Shown here: positions 1-8,807 of the stretch, piece by piece | Layout of the letters: the number at the start of each line of letters is the position of its first letter | Numbering within the stretch: the stretch's first letter is position 1 | NCBI GenBank assembly: GCA_046300055.1 | Contig: JBKCMR010000001.1 | Location: 7,472-71,471, forward strand | Length of the DNA: 64,000 bases | Source: Bacteroidota bacterium | Lineage (GTDB): Bacteria; Bacteroidota; Bacteroidia; Chitinophagales; Chitinophagaceae | Direction of reading: 5' to 3' | Translations under genes and position numbers: made by a program | Notes under the pieces: model-generated | The model's input: only the letters and a program-made list of their open reading frames with translations | Told to the model about the DNA's origin: nothing | Database searches by the model: none

Positions 1-57
1 TAAGGAAATCGCCTCGTAAGGCATGGCAAGCGTTTTGACAAATCTACCGTAAAGGGA

Positions 58-519
58 TCACTGAACGTCGATCAGTTGCACCTCAAAATAAAGTACAGCA
101 TCCCCGGGGATGGAACCGTATCCGGCACATCCATAGGCGAGTGAGGAAGGAATGATCAATTTGATCAGTCCATCTTTTTTGATCAACGGCAATCCCAATT
201 GCCAACCTTGAATCACCTGATTCAGTCCAAAACTGATTGGACTGCCTGTCGCGTTAGAATCAAACACACGGCCATCCATGAACTTTCCGGTATAACGGAC
301 CGTCACGGTAGACGTGGCGGTAGGTGTAGCGCCGGCACCGGCATTCACGATCTGATAAAGCATCCCGCTGCTATGCGTGGTGGGTGTGATCCCGTTGGCA
401 TTGGCGTAACTCAACATGGCAGCCGTCTCACTTTGTACGGTTTTGGGCGTACAGGAATCATCCTTGAGACAACCCGTAAATAAGAAAAGAGAGGCGATCG
501 AGGCTACAATAAATTTCAT
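58..519 (-). CDS. FKBP-type peptidyl-prolyl cis-trans isomerase (lipoprotein-like N-terminus)
   Basis: 153-aa ORF. Signal/lipobox-like LFLFTGC at the N-terminus. FKBP-domain motifs VTVRYTGKFMDGRVFDS, GLNQVIQGWQLGL and AYGCAGYGSIPGDAVLYFEVQL. Confidence 0.85.
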   Translation of the reverse strand: MKFIVASIASLFLFTGCLKDDSCTPKTVQSETAAMLSYANANGITPTTHSSGMLYQIVNAGAGATPTATSTVTVRYTGKFMDGRVFDSNATGSPISFGLNQVIQGWQLGLPLIKKDGLIKLIIPSSLAYGCAGYGSIPGDAVLYFEVQLIDVQ

Positions 520-842
520 TACACTTGATTTTGATTAGATGAACGATCCAGCAATTCGCGGTAGCGCTGCTCCTGCAAATCCCAACGGTGACGGGCCGAA
601 AAAACAACCAAAAAACTGATGATGGAGACCGCGGCAATGACGAGCACCAGGATCAGTGAGCCCGATTCGCGGAACATGACCATCTGCGCTCTGCCATACC
701 AGCCGGAAAAAAGGTTCGCGAAAATTCCAATGACCAGGACCAGCGCAAGTGGTAGTCCAACATAAAGCTGCTTCAGCCAATTTTTTTTACCCACCCGATT
801 GGCGGCCCAGTAAGCAACAAAATCTTGTTCTTCTTTGGTCAT
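519..842 (-). CDS. small two-TM membrane protein, unknown function
   Basis: Track ORF 519..911 trimmed to the ATG at 842 (MTKEEQDF...), because the upstream extension runs through an inverted repeat. Two hydrophobic helices. Its TAA stop shares one nt with the ATG of the FKBP gene, so the two are probably an operon. Confidence 0.5.
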   Translation of the reverse strand: MTKEEQDFVAYWAANRVGKKNWLKQLYVGLPLALVLVIGIFANLFSGWYGRAQMVMFRESGSLILVLVIAAVSIISFLVVFSARHRWDLQEQRYRELLDRSSNQNQV

Positions 843-850
843 GCTGGATA

Positions 851-919
851 TGTTGAGGGTTGAATGTCCAGTGTTGAAATAAAATCTATTTATTTTCTCA
901 ACCCTCAACACTCAACCCT
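851..919. repeat. 13-bp perfect inverted repeat plus a third direct copy of its core motif
   Basis: tgttgagggttga (851-863) pairs with tcaaccctcaaca (898-910), separated by 34 nt. ctcaaccct recurs at 897-905 and 911-919. An inner AT-rich sub-hairpin is also present. Confidence 0.7.
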
Positions 920-930
920 AAACTTGAAGG

Positions 931-1001
931 AGGTCCCGAGCGGATTCGAACCGCTGTAGGAGCTTTTGCAGAGCTCTGCCTAGCCACTCGGCCACAGGAC
1001 C
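931..1001 (-). tRNA. tRNA-Cys (anticodon GCA)
   Basis: The reverse complement reads GGTCCTGTGGCCGAGTGG...GAGCT-CTGCAAA-AGCTC...GCGGTTCGAATCCGC-TCGGGACC-T. It folds as a cloverleaf with a 7-bp acceptor stem (one G-U pair), a GTTCGAATC T-loop and anticodon loop CTGCAAA. CCA is not encoded. Confidence 0.85.
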
Positions 1002-1011
1002 ATAAGGGAAG

Positions 1012-1019
1012 CAAAAATA
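1012..1019 (-). promoter_or_regulatory. -7 promoter box (TATTTTTG on the minus strand) for tRNA-Cys
   Basis: Matches the Bacteroidota sigma-A -7 consensus TAnnTTTG. 10 nt upstream of the mature tRNA 5' end. Confidence 0.45.
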
Positions 1020-1024
1020 AAGCA

Positions 1025-1032
1025 TAAATTTG
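1025..1032 (+). promoter_or_regulatory. -7 promoter box TAAATTTG for the nucleoside phosphorylase/dapF/NUDIX operon
   Basis: Perfect TAnnTTTG match, 28 nt upstream of the ATG at 1061. Divergent from the tRNA-Cys box. Confidence 0.45.
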
Positions 1033-1060
1033 ACTTGACCTTCCTCAAAATCAACTGAAA

Positions 1061-1939
1061 ATGCCCCGTATTGCCGAATCCGAATTGATCTTAAATGAAC
1101 GGGGAGCCGTTTATCACCTGAATCTCCGTCCGGAGGAACTGGCGCCTACTGTGATCACGGTAGGTGACCCAGACCGAGTGGCTGAAGTAAGCAAGTATTT
1201 CGATTCGATCGAGTATAAACAACAACACCGCGAATTCATCAGCCATACCGGACGTGTTGGGAGCAAGCGGATCACCGTCCTCTCGTCCGGCATCGGACCC
1301 GACAACATCGACATTGTAATGAACGAGCTGGATGCGCTCGTCAATATTGATCTGGAAACTCGCGAGATCAAACCACAACTCAACTCGCTTCAGATCATTC
1401 GCATCGGCACCTCCGGTTCATTACAACCCGACATTCCAGTAGACAGCTTCGTAGCCTCTACACACGGATTAGGCGTCGACAATCTCCTGAATTTCTATCG
1501 CCTGGAGCAGAATAGCGAAGAACAACTGCTGCTGCAGTCATTTATCACACACACACAGATACATTCTCAAGTTGGCAACCCCTATATCAACAGTGCTGCG
1601 CCCAGCTTACTGAAGCATTTTGTTGCGAATTTTCATCAGGGCATTACCGTAACCTGCCCCGGGTTTTATGGCCCGCAAGGACGCGTGCTTCGGCTCGGCC
1701 TCAGCAACCCGCATTTTGTGAACCGACTCACCGATTTTCGGTACGGTCAACATCGCATTAGTAACTTCGAAATGGAAACATCTGCGATCTACGGATTGGG
1801 CAAGCTGATGGGACATCAGTGCCTGGCCGTCAATGCCATTGTCGCAAACCGGGTGAGACAAGAGTTCTCGAAAGACGGAAAAGCAGCCGTAGAAAAACTG
1901 ATTCAACAATTCATACAGACCTTTTCCGATCACTTCTAG
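1061..1939 (+). CDS. nucleoside phosphorylase (PNP/UDP family, uridine phosphorylase-like)
   Basis: 292-aa ORF. VITVGDPDRV, RIGTSGSL and NFEMETSAIYGL are typical of the PNP_UDP_1 family. Confidence 0.8.
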   Translation: MPRIAESELILNERGAVYHLNLRPEELAPTVITVGDPDRVAEVSKYFDSIEYKQQHREFISHTGRVGSKRITVLSSGIGPDNIDIVMNELDALVNIDLETREIKPQLNSLQIIRIGTSGSLQPDIPVDSFVASTHGLGVDNLLNFYRLEQNSEEQLLLQSFITHTQIHSQVGNPYINSAAPSLLKHFVANFHQGITVTCPGFYGPQGRVLRLGLSNPHFVNRLTDFRYGQHRISNFEMETSAIYGLGKLMGHQCLAVNAIVANRVRQEFSKDGKAAVEKLIQQFIQTFSDHF

Positions 1940-1940
1940 C

Positions 1941-2720
1941 ATGCAATTTTATAAATACCAGGGAACGGGTAACGATTTTATTCTCTTCGATAATCGCACC
2001 GGAGATGTTGGCTTGACGCAAGCACAAATCGAACGACTTTGTCATCGGCGTTTCGGTATCGGCGCAGACGGGCTTATGTTACTGAACACCCATCCCGAAA
2101 TGGATTTTGAAATGAAATACTTCAATGCTGACGGAAACCCTGGCAGCCTTTGCGGTAACGGCAGCCGATGCATTATCCGATTTGCCCACGATCTCGGCAT
2201 TCAAAAAATTCAATACGTTTTTTTAGCCAGCGACGGCCCGCATGAAGCGGAGCTACTGTCCGATAACCGGATCAGTCTCCACATGAATGATGTTTTTCGA
2301 ATACAACAAACCGAGCTGGGTCTGTTCATGAATACCGGCTCTCCTCATTTGGTCAAAATCGTCGAAACGCTGAATGAAGTGGACGTATATGCCGAGGGAA
2401 AAAAATTACGCCATCATCCTTCTTTTGCACCCGGTGGCACCAATGTAAATTTTGTAGAACGAACGACTAACCCGGCACATATCGTGGTCCGCACCTTCGA
2501 GCGTGGGGTGGAAGATGAAACATACTCCTGCGGAACGGGCGTGACAGCCTGTGCCTTGGCAATGGCCTTTACGGATCAGACCATCCGGGACACAACCATT
2601 GATACCAAAGGCGGAACGTTAGCTGTTACCTATGATACGTTGGATTTTATCCGATTTGAAAATATACGATTGATCGGTCCGGCCGAACGCGTCTTTCAAG
2701 GTGAAATCAGCCTATCATGA
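1941..2720 (+). CDS. dapF: diaminopimelate epimerase
   Basis: N-terminal YQGTGNDFILFDNR. Two catalytic Cys motifs (SLCGNGSRC and YSCGTGVTA). 259 aa. Confidence 0.9.
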   Translation: MQFYKYQGTGNDFILFDNRTGDVGLTQAQIERLCHRRFGIGADGLMLLNTHPEMDFEMKYFNADGNPGSLCGNGSRCIIRFAHDLGIQKIQYVFLASDGPHEAELLSDNRISLHMNDVFRIQQTELGLFMNTGSPHLVKIVETLNEVDVYAEGKKLRHHPSFAPGGTNVNFVERTTNPAHIVVRTFERGVEDETYSCGTGVTACALAMAFTDQTIRDTTIDTKGGTLAVTYDTLDFIRFENIRLIGPAERVFQGEISLS

Positions 2721-3181
2721 GTCAGATTATTGTTCGCGTATACGGATTGCTCATCGATGAACAACAACAAGTGCTGGTCAGCGACGAGTACATTCGAGGT
2801 AACTATTTCACTAAATTTCCGGGGGGCGGACTGGAATTCGGGGAAGGACTGCGTGAGGGACTGGTTAGAGAATTCCAGGAAGAAATGCAACTGAATATCG
2901 AAGTTCTTGACCACCTCTACACGACCGATTTTTTTCAACGATCAGCTTTTAACCCCGCTCATCAGATAATATCCGTGTATTATCGGGTAAAAGCCCTCGA
3001 ACCCATTCGTGTGCCACTGCGCGAAACACCCTTTGAATTCGACCCCGAACAACTGGATGCGTACACAAAAACATTGCAAACTGAATCATTTCGATTCATA
3101 CAATGGGATGATTTCTCAAGCGAGAGAGTAAGTTTACCGATCGATAAAATCGTGGCGGACCTGATTAAGAGCCAATTGTAA
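2717..3181 (+). CDS. NUDIX hydrolase
   Basis: Nudix box GGGLEFGEGLREGLVREFQEEMQL. 4-nt overlap with dapF. Confidence 0.8.
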   Translation: MSQIIVRVYGLLIDEQQQVLVSDEYIRGNYFTKFPGGGLEFGEGLREGLVREFQEEMQLNIEVLDHLYTTDFFQRSAFNPAHQIISVYYRVKALEPIRVPLRETPFEFDPEQLDAYTKTLQTESFRFIQWDDFSSERVSLPIDKIVADLIKSQL

Positions 3182-3184
3182 ATA

Positions 3185-3985
3185 TCATTCGTCTGCCATC
3201 GCGGATCGCTTCATTTCCGTAGCCAGCTCTTCTCCCAGGAAACGCTCGATCCAACCGTGTACCAGATAGATTACCGGCGTCAGCAAGATTGCTACCAGGA
3301 ATTTATAAATGTAATTGACGATGCCAACGGCTAAAAAAAGACTGAGCGGCCAAACAAAATCATCCCCCTGCTGATTGACCCGTGTTCCCACATAAAAAGC
3401 AATAAACAACACAACAAAGCTGTCGATGAATTGCGAGACCAATGTAGAACCCGTCGCACGCAACCAGATCCGTTTTTCGCCAGTGAGTTTCTTTATCTTA
3501 TGAAAAACGAATACATCGATCAATTGTCCCAATAGAAAAGCAGTCAGTGACCCGATGATGATGAATCCTCCTTGCCCGAGTACAGCTCGGTAGGCATCCT
3601 GCATATTGGGAACATTGCTTCCGATTTTGCTACTCAGAAAAAAATCAGCCGGCGTGAGCCACATGGCCCCTTGAAAGATCAAAAAAGCAAAAGCGATCAA
3701 TCCGGCCGTCAACCAGGATAGAAAACGAACCCCACACATGCCGTAATACTCATTGATGATGTCTGTCATGATAAAAACTACCGGCCATAGCAATACGCCC
3801 GCCGTCAGGTTAACATCCAGCACCTCACCAAAGATCTTAATGCCTAGGGGATCCAATCCCAATGTCTTCTCGAGGGAGAAAATTTTAACGCCGATGATCT
3901 CAGCAATGAGCGCATTGGCGACAAAAAATCCCGAAAGGATAAGAAAAAGGCGAGTTGATTTATGGTTGATGATAGTTCGGACCAT
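3185..3985 (-). CDS. yhhQ: queuosine-precursor transporter (YhhQ/VUT, DUF165 family)
   Basis: 266-aa polytopic membrane ORF with YhhQ-like sequence (FVANALIAEIIG, TDIINEYYG, LVSQFIDSFVV). Confidence 0.75.
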   Translation of the reverse strand: MVRTIINHKSTRLFLILSGFFVANALIAEIIGVKIFSLEKTLGLDPLGIKIFGEVLDVNLTAGVLLWPVVFIMTDIINEYYGMCGVRFLSWLTAGLIAFAFLIFQGAMWLTPADFFLSSKIGSNVPNMQDAYRAVLGQGGFIIIGSLTAFLLGQLIDVFVFHKIKKLTGEKRIWLRATGSTLVSQFIDSFVVLFIAFYVGTRVNQQGDDFVWPLSLFLAVGIVNYIYKFLVAILLTPVIYLVHGWIERFLGEELATEMKRSAMADE

Positions 3986-4322
3986 TTAGATAAAATATAA
4001 AGGTGATAAATACAATCAACCACAGCAGGTTGGCAAGTATTAGCCAACGCGGAGTCGGGTTTGATCGTAGCTGCCCACGAAGGGCAAGCCACAAACAAGT
4101 TACATTGAATAGGGGGAATAAGAGCGCACCTAAACCGAATCCGGTTGTGAGAACCGTCGAGACCAGATCCGCGGGCAGATCATGCTCCAATAGCAAGAGT
4201 CCCCACGAAGCCAGAAAAAAAAGGCCGGTGAGGAAGGTTAGTCGGGCAAAAAAGAAAAGCGAAAACATGCGTAGAAGATGGCTAAAATAAGCATTAATTT
4301 GTCGACTCAAATTCATTCCCAT
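3960..4322 (-). CDS. hypothetical 3-4 TM membrane protein
   Basis: 120-aa strongly hydrophobic ORF, and the only plausible coding frame in this interval. Its start (4322 or 4316) abuts or overlaps the ATG of the divergent YfhO gene. I recognise no family. Confidence 0.45.
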   Translation of the reverse strand: MGMNLSRQINAYFSHLLRMFSLFFFARLTFLTGLFFLASWGLLLLEHDLPADLVSTVLTTGFGLGALLFPLFNVTCLWLALRGQLRSNPTPRWLILANLLWLIVFITFIFYLNGPNYHQP

Positions 4323-6801
4323 GACCCTGCTTTCTCCGAAGAAACTACTGCCGCACGGATTGGTATTGTTAAGCTTCCTGCTGGTTGCTGTGTTATTCTG
4401 TAAACCGGTATTGGACGGACAAGTCCTCGATCAACACGACATCGTTGGGTGGAAAGGCATGGCCCAGAATGCATTCGAATACAAAGATAAATATGGTCAT
4501 TTCCCGCTCTGGAATCCCAATCTATTCAGTGGCATGCCGAACTATCAGGTGGCCATGGAAGGTGATTCGATATTGCCCAATTTCGTGAATATTTTTTCAC
4601 TCGGTTTGCCAAAACCAATGCATTTTCTATTCCTGGCGGCAACATGCTTCTATATCCTCACGTTAATTATCGGATTATCACCCTGGATCGGTTTGTTCGG
4701 GGGATTAGCCTACATGCTCTCTACCTACAATCCGATCATCATCGGCGCCGGACACGAATCCAAAATGTGGGCCCTGGCTTTTTTGCCATTGATGTTTGCG
4801 GGCATCCTAGCTCTTTTTGAAAAAAGATATTGGCTCGGTACGGCCCTAACCACCTACGGAATCTTTCAGCAGATAGCAGTGAATCACTTCCAGATCACGT
4901 ATTACGCCATTCTCATCGCTGCAGCGATCTTCTTTGCCTACCTGTATACCTGGATCAAGAACAAGGAATGGAAGCATACAGGCCGAGTGATAGCCATCGG
5001 ATTAGCGGCTGCTGCGCTTGGACTTGCGGGCAATGCATTGATTTTGATGACCACTTCCGAATACAGCAAGTTCACCATGCGGGGGGGTAAAAACCTGCAG
5101 ATCAATGGTGATACCGTGACCAAGGCAAAAACGACCGGACTGGACTATGACTATGCCTTCCGATACAGCCTCGGAAAAGCAGAGACAGCCGTATTAGCTA
5201 TGCCAGATGCCTTCGGAAGCAGCAGTGCCGAACCACTTGGCGAGAGCTCTAATGTGATCACGAAACTCACGGAAAGAGGAATCCCGGAAAGCAATGCCCT
5301 ACAAATTGCCAGTCAGATGCCAAAATACTGGGGCGGAATTGTTGAAGGCACCTCCGGCCCACCCTATGTGGGAGCCATCACCTGTATTCTCGCACTGATC
5401 GGTTTTGTCCTGATCAAATCACCGATCCGATGGGGACTACTTGCTGCATCCCTACTCAGCATCTTGCTGTCTTGGGGAAAGTACTTGCCTTCCATGAATG
5501 AATTCCTATTTGAATATCTTCCCCTCTACAACAAATTCAGAGCCCCCTCAATGGCGCTGACCATCGTGGAATTCGCCTTGCCTTTAACTGCTGTGTTGGC
5601 ACTTCACCAGATCCTTTACAAAATGAGTTCGGATGAACTGAAAAAACAGTTTCAAAAAATCCTGATCATATCCGGCAGTTCACTAGGACTTTTTCTATTG
5701 ATGGGTTGGTTCATGGATTATGGAGCTGCCTTTGATCAGCAAGTCATGGATTTTGCATTTGACGCCTCGGGCTCTAAAGAGATCAACCAACTGATTGTAT
5801 CCGGATTGAAAGCAGATCGCGCTGAAATGTACATGAGTCAGGTATGGCGTTATGCCGGATTCCTAGTACTTGTACTCGGTGTTTTGTTTTTGTATTCACG
5901 AAATTGGATAAAGTCGGTTTGGGCGGTTGGGTTATTGGCTATTGTGTCTACGGCAGACCTGTTTATTGTCGGCAAAAAATACCTGAGCGAAGAGGCGTAT
6001 GTTGATAGTAGCAGCTTTGAGTCTCAAAATTTTAATCCCAGCGCGGTCGATCAACAATTAAAAGCTGATGCGGATCCACATTTTCGAGTATTCAACATGC
6101 TGAGCGATCCGTATACTGAATCACGCACCTCCTATTTTCATCGGTCTATCGGTGGATATCATCCCGCGAAGCTTCGGATCTATCAAGACCTGATCGACCG
6201 ATATATGTCTAATAATATCAATTCCCAGGTGCTGGACATGCTCGATGCGAAATACATGTTACGCCAAAGTCCGTTCACTGGGGTGGATACAGCTGTTCTT
6301 CGTCCCACCACACTTGGTGCTGCCTGGCTGGTCAAAGGCATACGAATAGCAAAGGATCCGGTGGAAGCCCTTCAATCGATTGGCTTGATGTCTTTGCGTG
6401 ATTCAGCGATTGTGGAAATAGACGATCCAAAAAAATTAGCTTCATTCAGCCCCTCATTTGACAGTACAGCACGGATCGGTTTGGCAAGGATCAATAATGA
6501 CACGCTGATCTACAATGTTGAATCTAGCACCCCCCAATTCGCCGTGTTCAGTGAAATCCATTACGCTAAAGGATGGAACGCCTATATCGATGGAAAGGCG
6601 ACTGACTATTTCAAAACCAATTATGTGCTACGAGGGATGCCGGTTCCTTCGGGTAAACACGAGATCAAATTCATTTTCGAGCCACAGTCATTTAAGACCG
6701 GCAATAACATTTCCTATGCCAGTTCGGCCTTAATATTACTGATTCTACTTGGCAGTTTATTCATGGCCTGGCATACTGAACAACGAATGAAACCGGAATG
6801 A
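4321..6801 (+). CDS. YfhO-family polytopic membrane protein (GT-C-type glycosyltransferase-like)
   Basis: 826-aa ORF with many TM helices. The N-terminal region (HDIVGWKGMAQNAFEYKDKYGHFPLWNPNLFSGMPNY) is typical of Bacteroidota YfhO homologues. Confidence 0.75.
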   Translation: MTLLSPKKLLPHGLVLLSFLLVAVLFCKPVLDGQVLDQHDIVGWKGMAQNAFEYKDKYGHFPLWNPNLFSGMPNYQVAMEGDSILPNFVNIFSLGLPKPMHFLFLAATCFYILTLIIGLSPWIGLFGGLAYMLSTYNPIIIGAGHESKMWALAFLPLMFAGILALFEKRYWLGTALTTYGIFQQIAVNHFQITYYAILIAAAIFFAYLYTWIKNKEWKHTGRVIAIGLAAAALGLAGNALILMTTSEYSKFTMRGGKNLQINGDTVTKAKTTGLDYDYAFRYSLGKAETAVLAMPDAFGSSSAEPLGESSNVITKLTERGIPESNALQIASQMPKYWGGIVEGTSGPPYVGAITCILALIGFVLIKSPIRWGLLAASLLSILLSWGKYLPSMNEFLFEYLPLYNKFRAPSMALTIVEFALPLTAVLALHQILYKMSSDELKKQFQKILIISGSSLGLFLLMGWFMDYGAAFDQQVMDFAFDASGSKEINQLIVSGLKADRAEMYMSQVWRYAGFLVLVLGVLFLYSRNWIKSVWAVGLLAIVSTADLFIVGKKYLSEEAYVDSSSFESQNFNPSAVDQQLKADADPHFRVFNMLSDPYTESRTSYFHRSIGGYHPAKLRIYQDLIDRYMSNNINSQVLDMLDAKYMLRQSPFTGVDTAVLRPTTLGAAWLVKGIRIAKDPVEALQSIGLMSLRDSAIVEIDDPKKLASFSPSFDSTARIGLARINNDTLIYNVESSTPQFAVFSEIHYAKGWNAYIDGKATDYFKTNYVLRGMPVPSGKHEIKFIFEPQSFKTGNNISYASSALILLILLGSLFMAWHTEQRMKPE

Positions 6802-7925
6802 AGCGAGTCCTGGTCATAGCCCCCTACCCTTACTTGCCTTTTTTTTCGGGCGGGCAAAAAACGATCGCGCAGTTCAATGAATACCTGGCACAAGAAGTAT
6901 CACTTACGGTAGTCAGCACAAAAACGAATGAAGCCCAGCTGGCAAAGGGGTATGAATTACTGCCCTGGTTGTCTGATTCGTTTTTCCGATATATCGATTT
7001 CCGATTGATCGGTCGTCTTGGGCGACTGATCCGGAGTGAACGGTTTGATTGCATCATTTGGATCCATCCATATTACCACTGGCTAGCTCGGCTGATCCAA
7101 AAAAAATTCAATCTTTTTACCATCGTTCACAGCCACAACATCGAATACCAGCGTTTTCGGTCGACCGGTAAATGGTGGTGGCCAATCCTTCGGATTTATG
7201 AAAAAGCTTGTTTACGTTCAGTAGATTACAACTATTTCATTTCCCAACAGGATTTAGAAACAGCTACTAAAGAATGGCAGTTGGACCAAGGCAAATGTGA
7301 TGTAATGCCACTGGGGATTACGCAACGTGAACATCCGACAGATCGCTCCCATTGCCGGCAACTCATCCGAGAACAATATGGTATCAGCGAAGAAGAGCAT
7401 ATTTTGCTTTTTAATGGACTATTAAACTACCCACCCAATCAACAAGCACTGGATGATCTGCTAAATCACATCAATCCAAACCTACAATTGAAGCCAGGAT
7501 TTTCCTACCGTTTGATTATTTGCGGAAAAAACCTGCCGAGTAAATATGCAGAACTGGCTGCCTACCGGAACCAGCGTATCATTTTCGCCGGATTTGTAAC
7601 TGATATTGAAACTTATTTCAAGGCAGCTGATGTCTTTTTGAATCCAGTACTTAGCGGAGGTGGTATTAAAACCAAAATGGTAGAAGCGATCGGACTGGAT
7701 ACCACCGTTGTTTCGTCACTAACTGGATCAACAGGCATCGATCCCGAGGTCTGCGGTGATAAACTAATCATCACAGCTGATAATGATTGGGATATGTTTT
7801 CTGCCAAAATAGTGGAAGCCTGTAATCAGCATCACCACACACCCGATCCTTATTACAAAAAATATTACTGGGGAAATATCATCCAGAAAATCCCGACCCT
7901 GTTAGCGAATCAAACGGCCCGTTAA
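6798..7925 (+). CDS. glycosyltransferase family 4 (GT-B)
   Basis: 375 aa. C-terminal GT1/GT4 signature GGGIKTKMVEAIGLDTTVV. ATGA overlap with the YfhO gene. Confidence 0.8.
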   Translation: MKRVLVIAPYPYLPFFSGGQKTIAQFNEYLAQEVSLTVVSTKTNEAQLAKGYELLPWLSDSFFRYIDFRLIGRLGRLIRSERFDCIIWIHPYYHWLARLIQKKFNLFTIVHSHNIEYQRFRSTGKWWWPILRIYEKACLRSVDYNYFISQQDLETATKEWQLDQGKCDVMPLGITQREHPTDRSHCRQLIREQYGISEEEHILLFNGLLNYPPNQQALDDLLNHINPNLQLKPGFSYRLIICGKNLPSKYAELAAYRNQRIIFAGFVTDIETYFKAADVFLNPVLSGGGIKTKMVEAIGLDTTVVSSLTGSTGIDPEVCGDKLIITADNDWDMFSAKIVEACNQHHHTPDPYYKKYYWGNIIQKIPTLLANQTAR

Positions 7926-8807
7926 CTGATAAAGGATCCACTTGATTGCATTTCGGCTTTGCTCCTTTAGCCCATAAATCAGATAAAAACAGCCGTAGTA
8001 GACTCCCATCCCTTTTCTTCGCCGCATGATCGCTAGTTCATGACGGAACATGGTTGCTCGATTGGTAAGTTGCTTACGTACGGAGCTACTGCCTGAATTC
8101 ACATGTACGATCGTGGTATCAGCTATAAAATAGTTCCGAAAACCTGCCTCCTTCGCTTGCTCACACCATAATTGATCTTCGGCATACATGAAAAATCGAT
8201 TATCCAGTTTTTTATTAGAAAAGGAATCAAGCAGGCTTTTTTTAAAGAAAAGGAAAGCGCCATTTAGCCAATCGCATTCAAGATCCACATCATGACGGAA
8301 ATATTTTCCCAGCATTCGTCGGGATCGAACTGCATAGGACATACAAAAGGGAATGAAACGAAAAAGGTCTAAGCACTCCCAAGCAATGCTTCTAAAGCGA
8401 CGAGCGGTATATTGTACTTGCCCTTGTGGGTAGATCATCCTGCAACCCAGCAATCCGGGCGTTGGCAATTTGATGAATTTCTGATAGACTTTTTCAATAC
8501 TGTCCTCTTTAAATTCAGTATCACTATTGAGCAGAAGAATGTAATCGCCCGTAGCTTGCTCAAGCCCTATATTGTTACCGCCGGCAAAGCCAGAATTCTT
8601 ATCAGATCGAACTAATTTCAATTTTGGAAATTCGATCAGGAAATCGCTTGGATCACATTCGCTCGAGGCATTATCCACTAAAATTACTTCAAACGCAACC
8701 GCATGCGAATGTGCATATACGCTTCGGATGCAGGCGGATGTAAGCCGAAAAGTATTATAATTGATGATAATGACAGAAACCATCATAGCGGAAGAATTAT
8801 TGATCAT
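7902..8807 (-). CDS. glycosyltransferase family 2
   Basis: N-terminal VSVIIINYNT...VILVDNASS and NSGFAGGNN motifs (GT-A, rhamnosyltransferase-like). Its 3' end overlaps the convergent GT4 gene by 24 nt. Confidence 0.8.
   Translation of the reverse strand: MINNSSAMMVSVIIINYNTFRLTSACIRSVYAHSHAVAFEVILVDNASSECDPSDFLIEFPKLKLVRSDKNSGFAGGNNIGLEQATGDYILLLNSDTEFKEDSIEKVYQKFIKLPTPGLLGCRMIYPQGQVQYTARRFRSIAWECLDLFRFIPFCMSYAVRSRRMLGKYFRHDVDLECDWLNGAFLFFKKSLLDSFSNKKLDNRFFMYAEDQLWCEQAKEAGFRNYFIADTTIVHVNSGSSSVRKQLTNRATMFRHELAIMRRRKGMGVYYGCFYLIYGLKEQSRNAIKWILYQLTGRLIR

Noticed and set aside
3986-4100. A possible preQ1 riboswitch upstream of the yhhQ-like queuosine-precursor transporter.
   Set aside because: The minus-strand upstream sequence lacks the preQ1-I hallmark, a short hairpin followed by an A-rich tail ending in CUA. 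The region is instead occupied by a coherent hydrophobic ORF. The only stem seen (gttggc...gccaac) is not in a riboswitch-like context.
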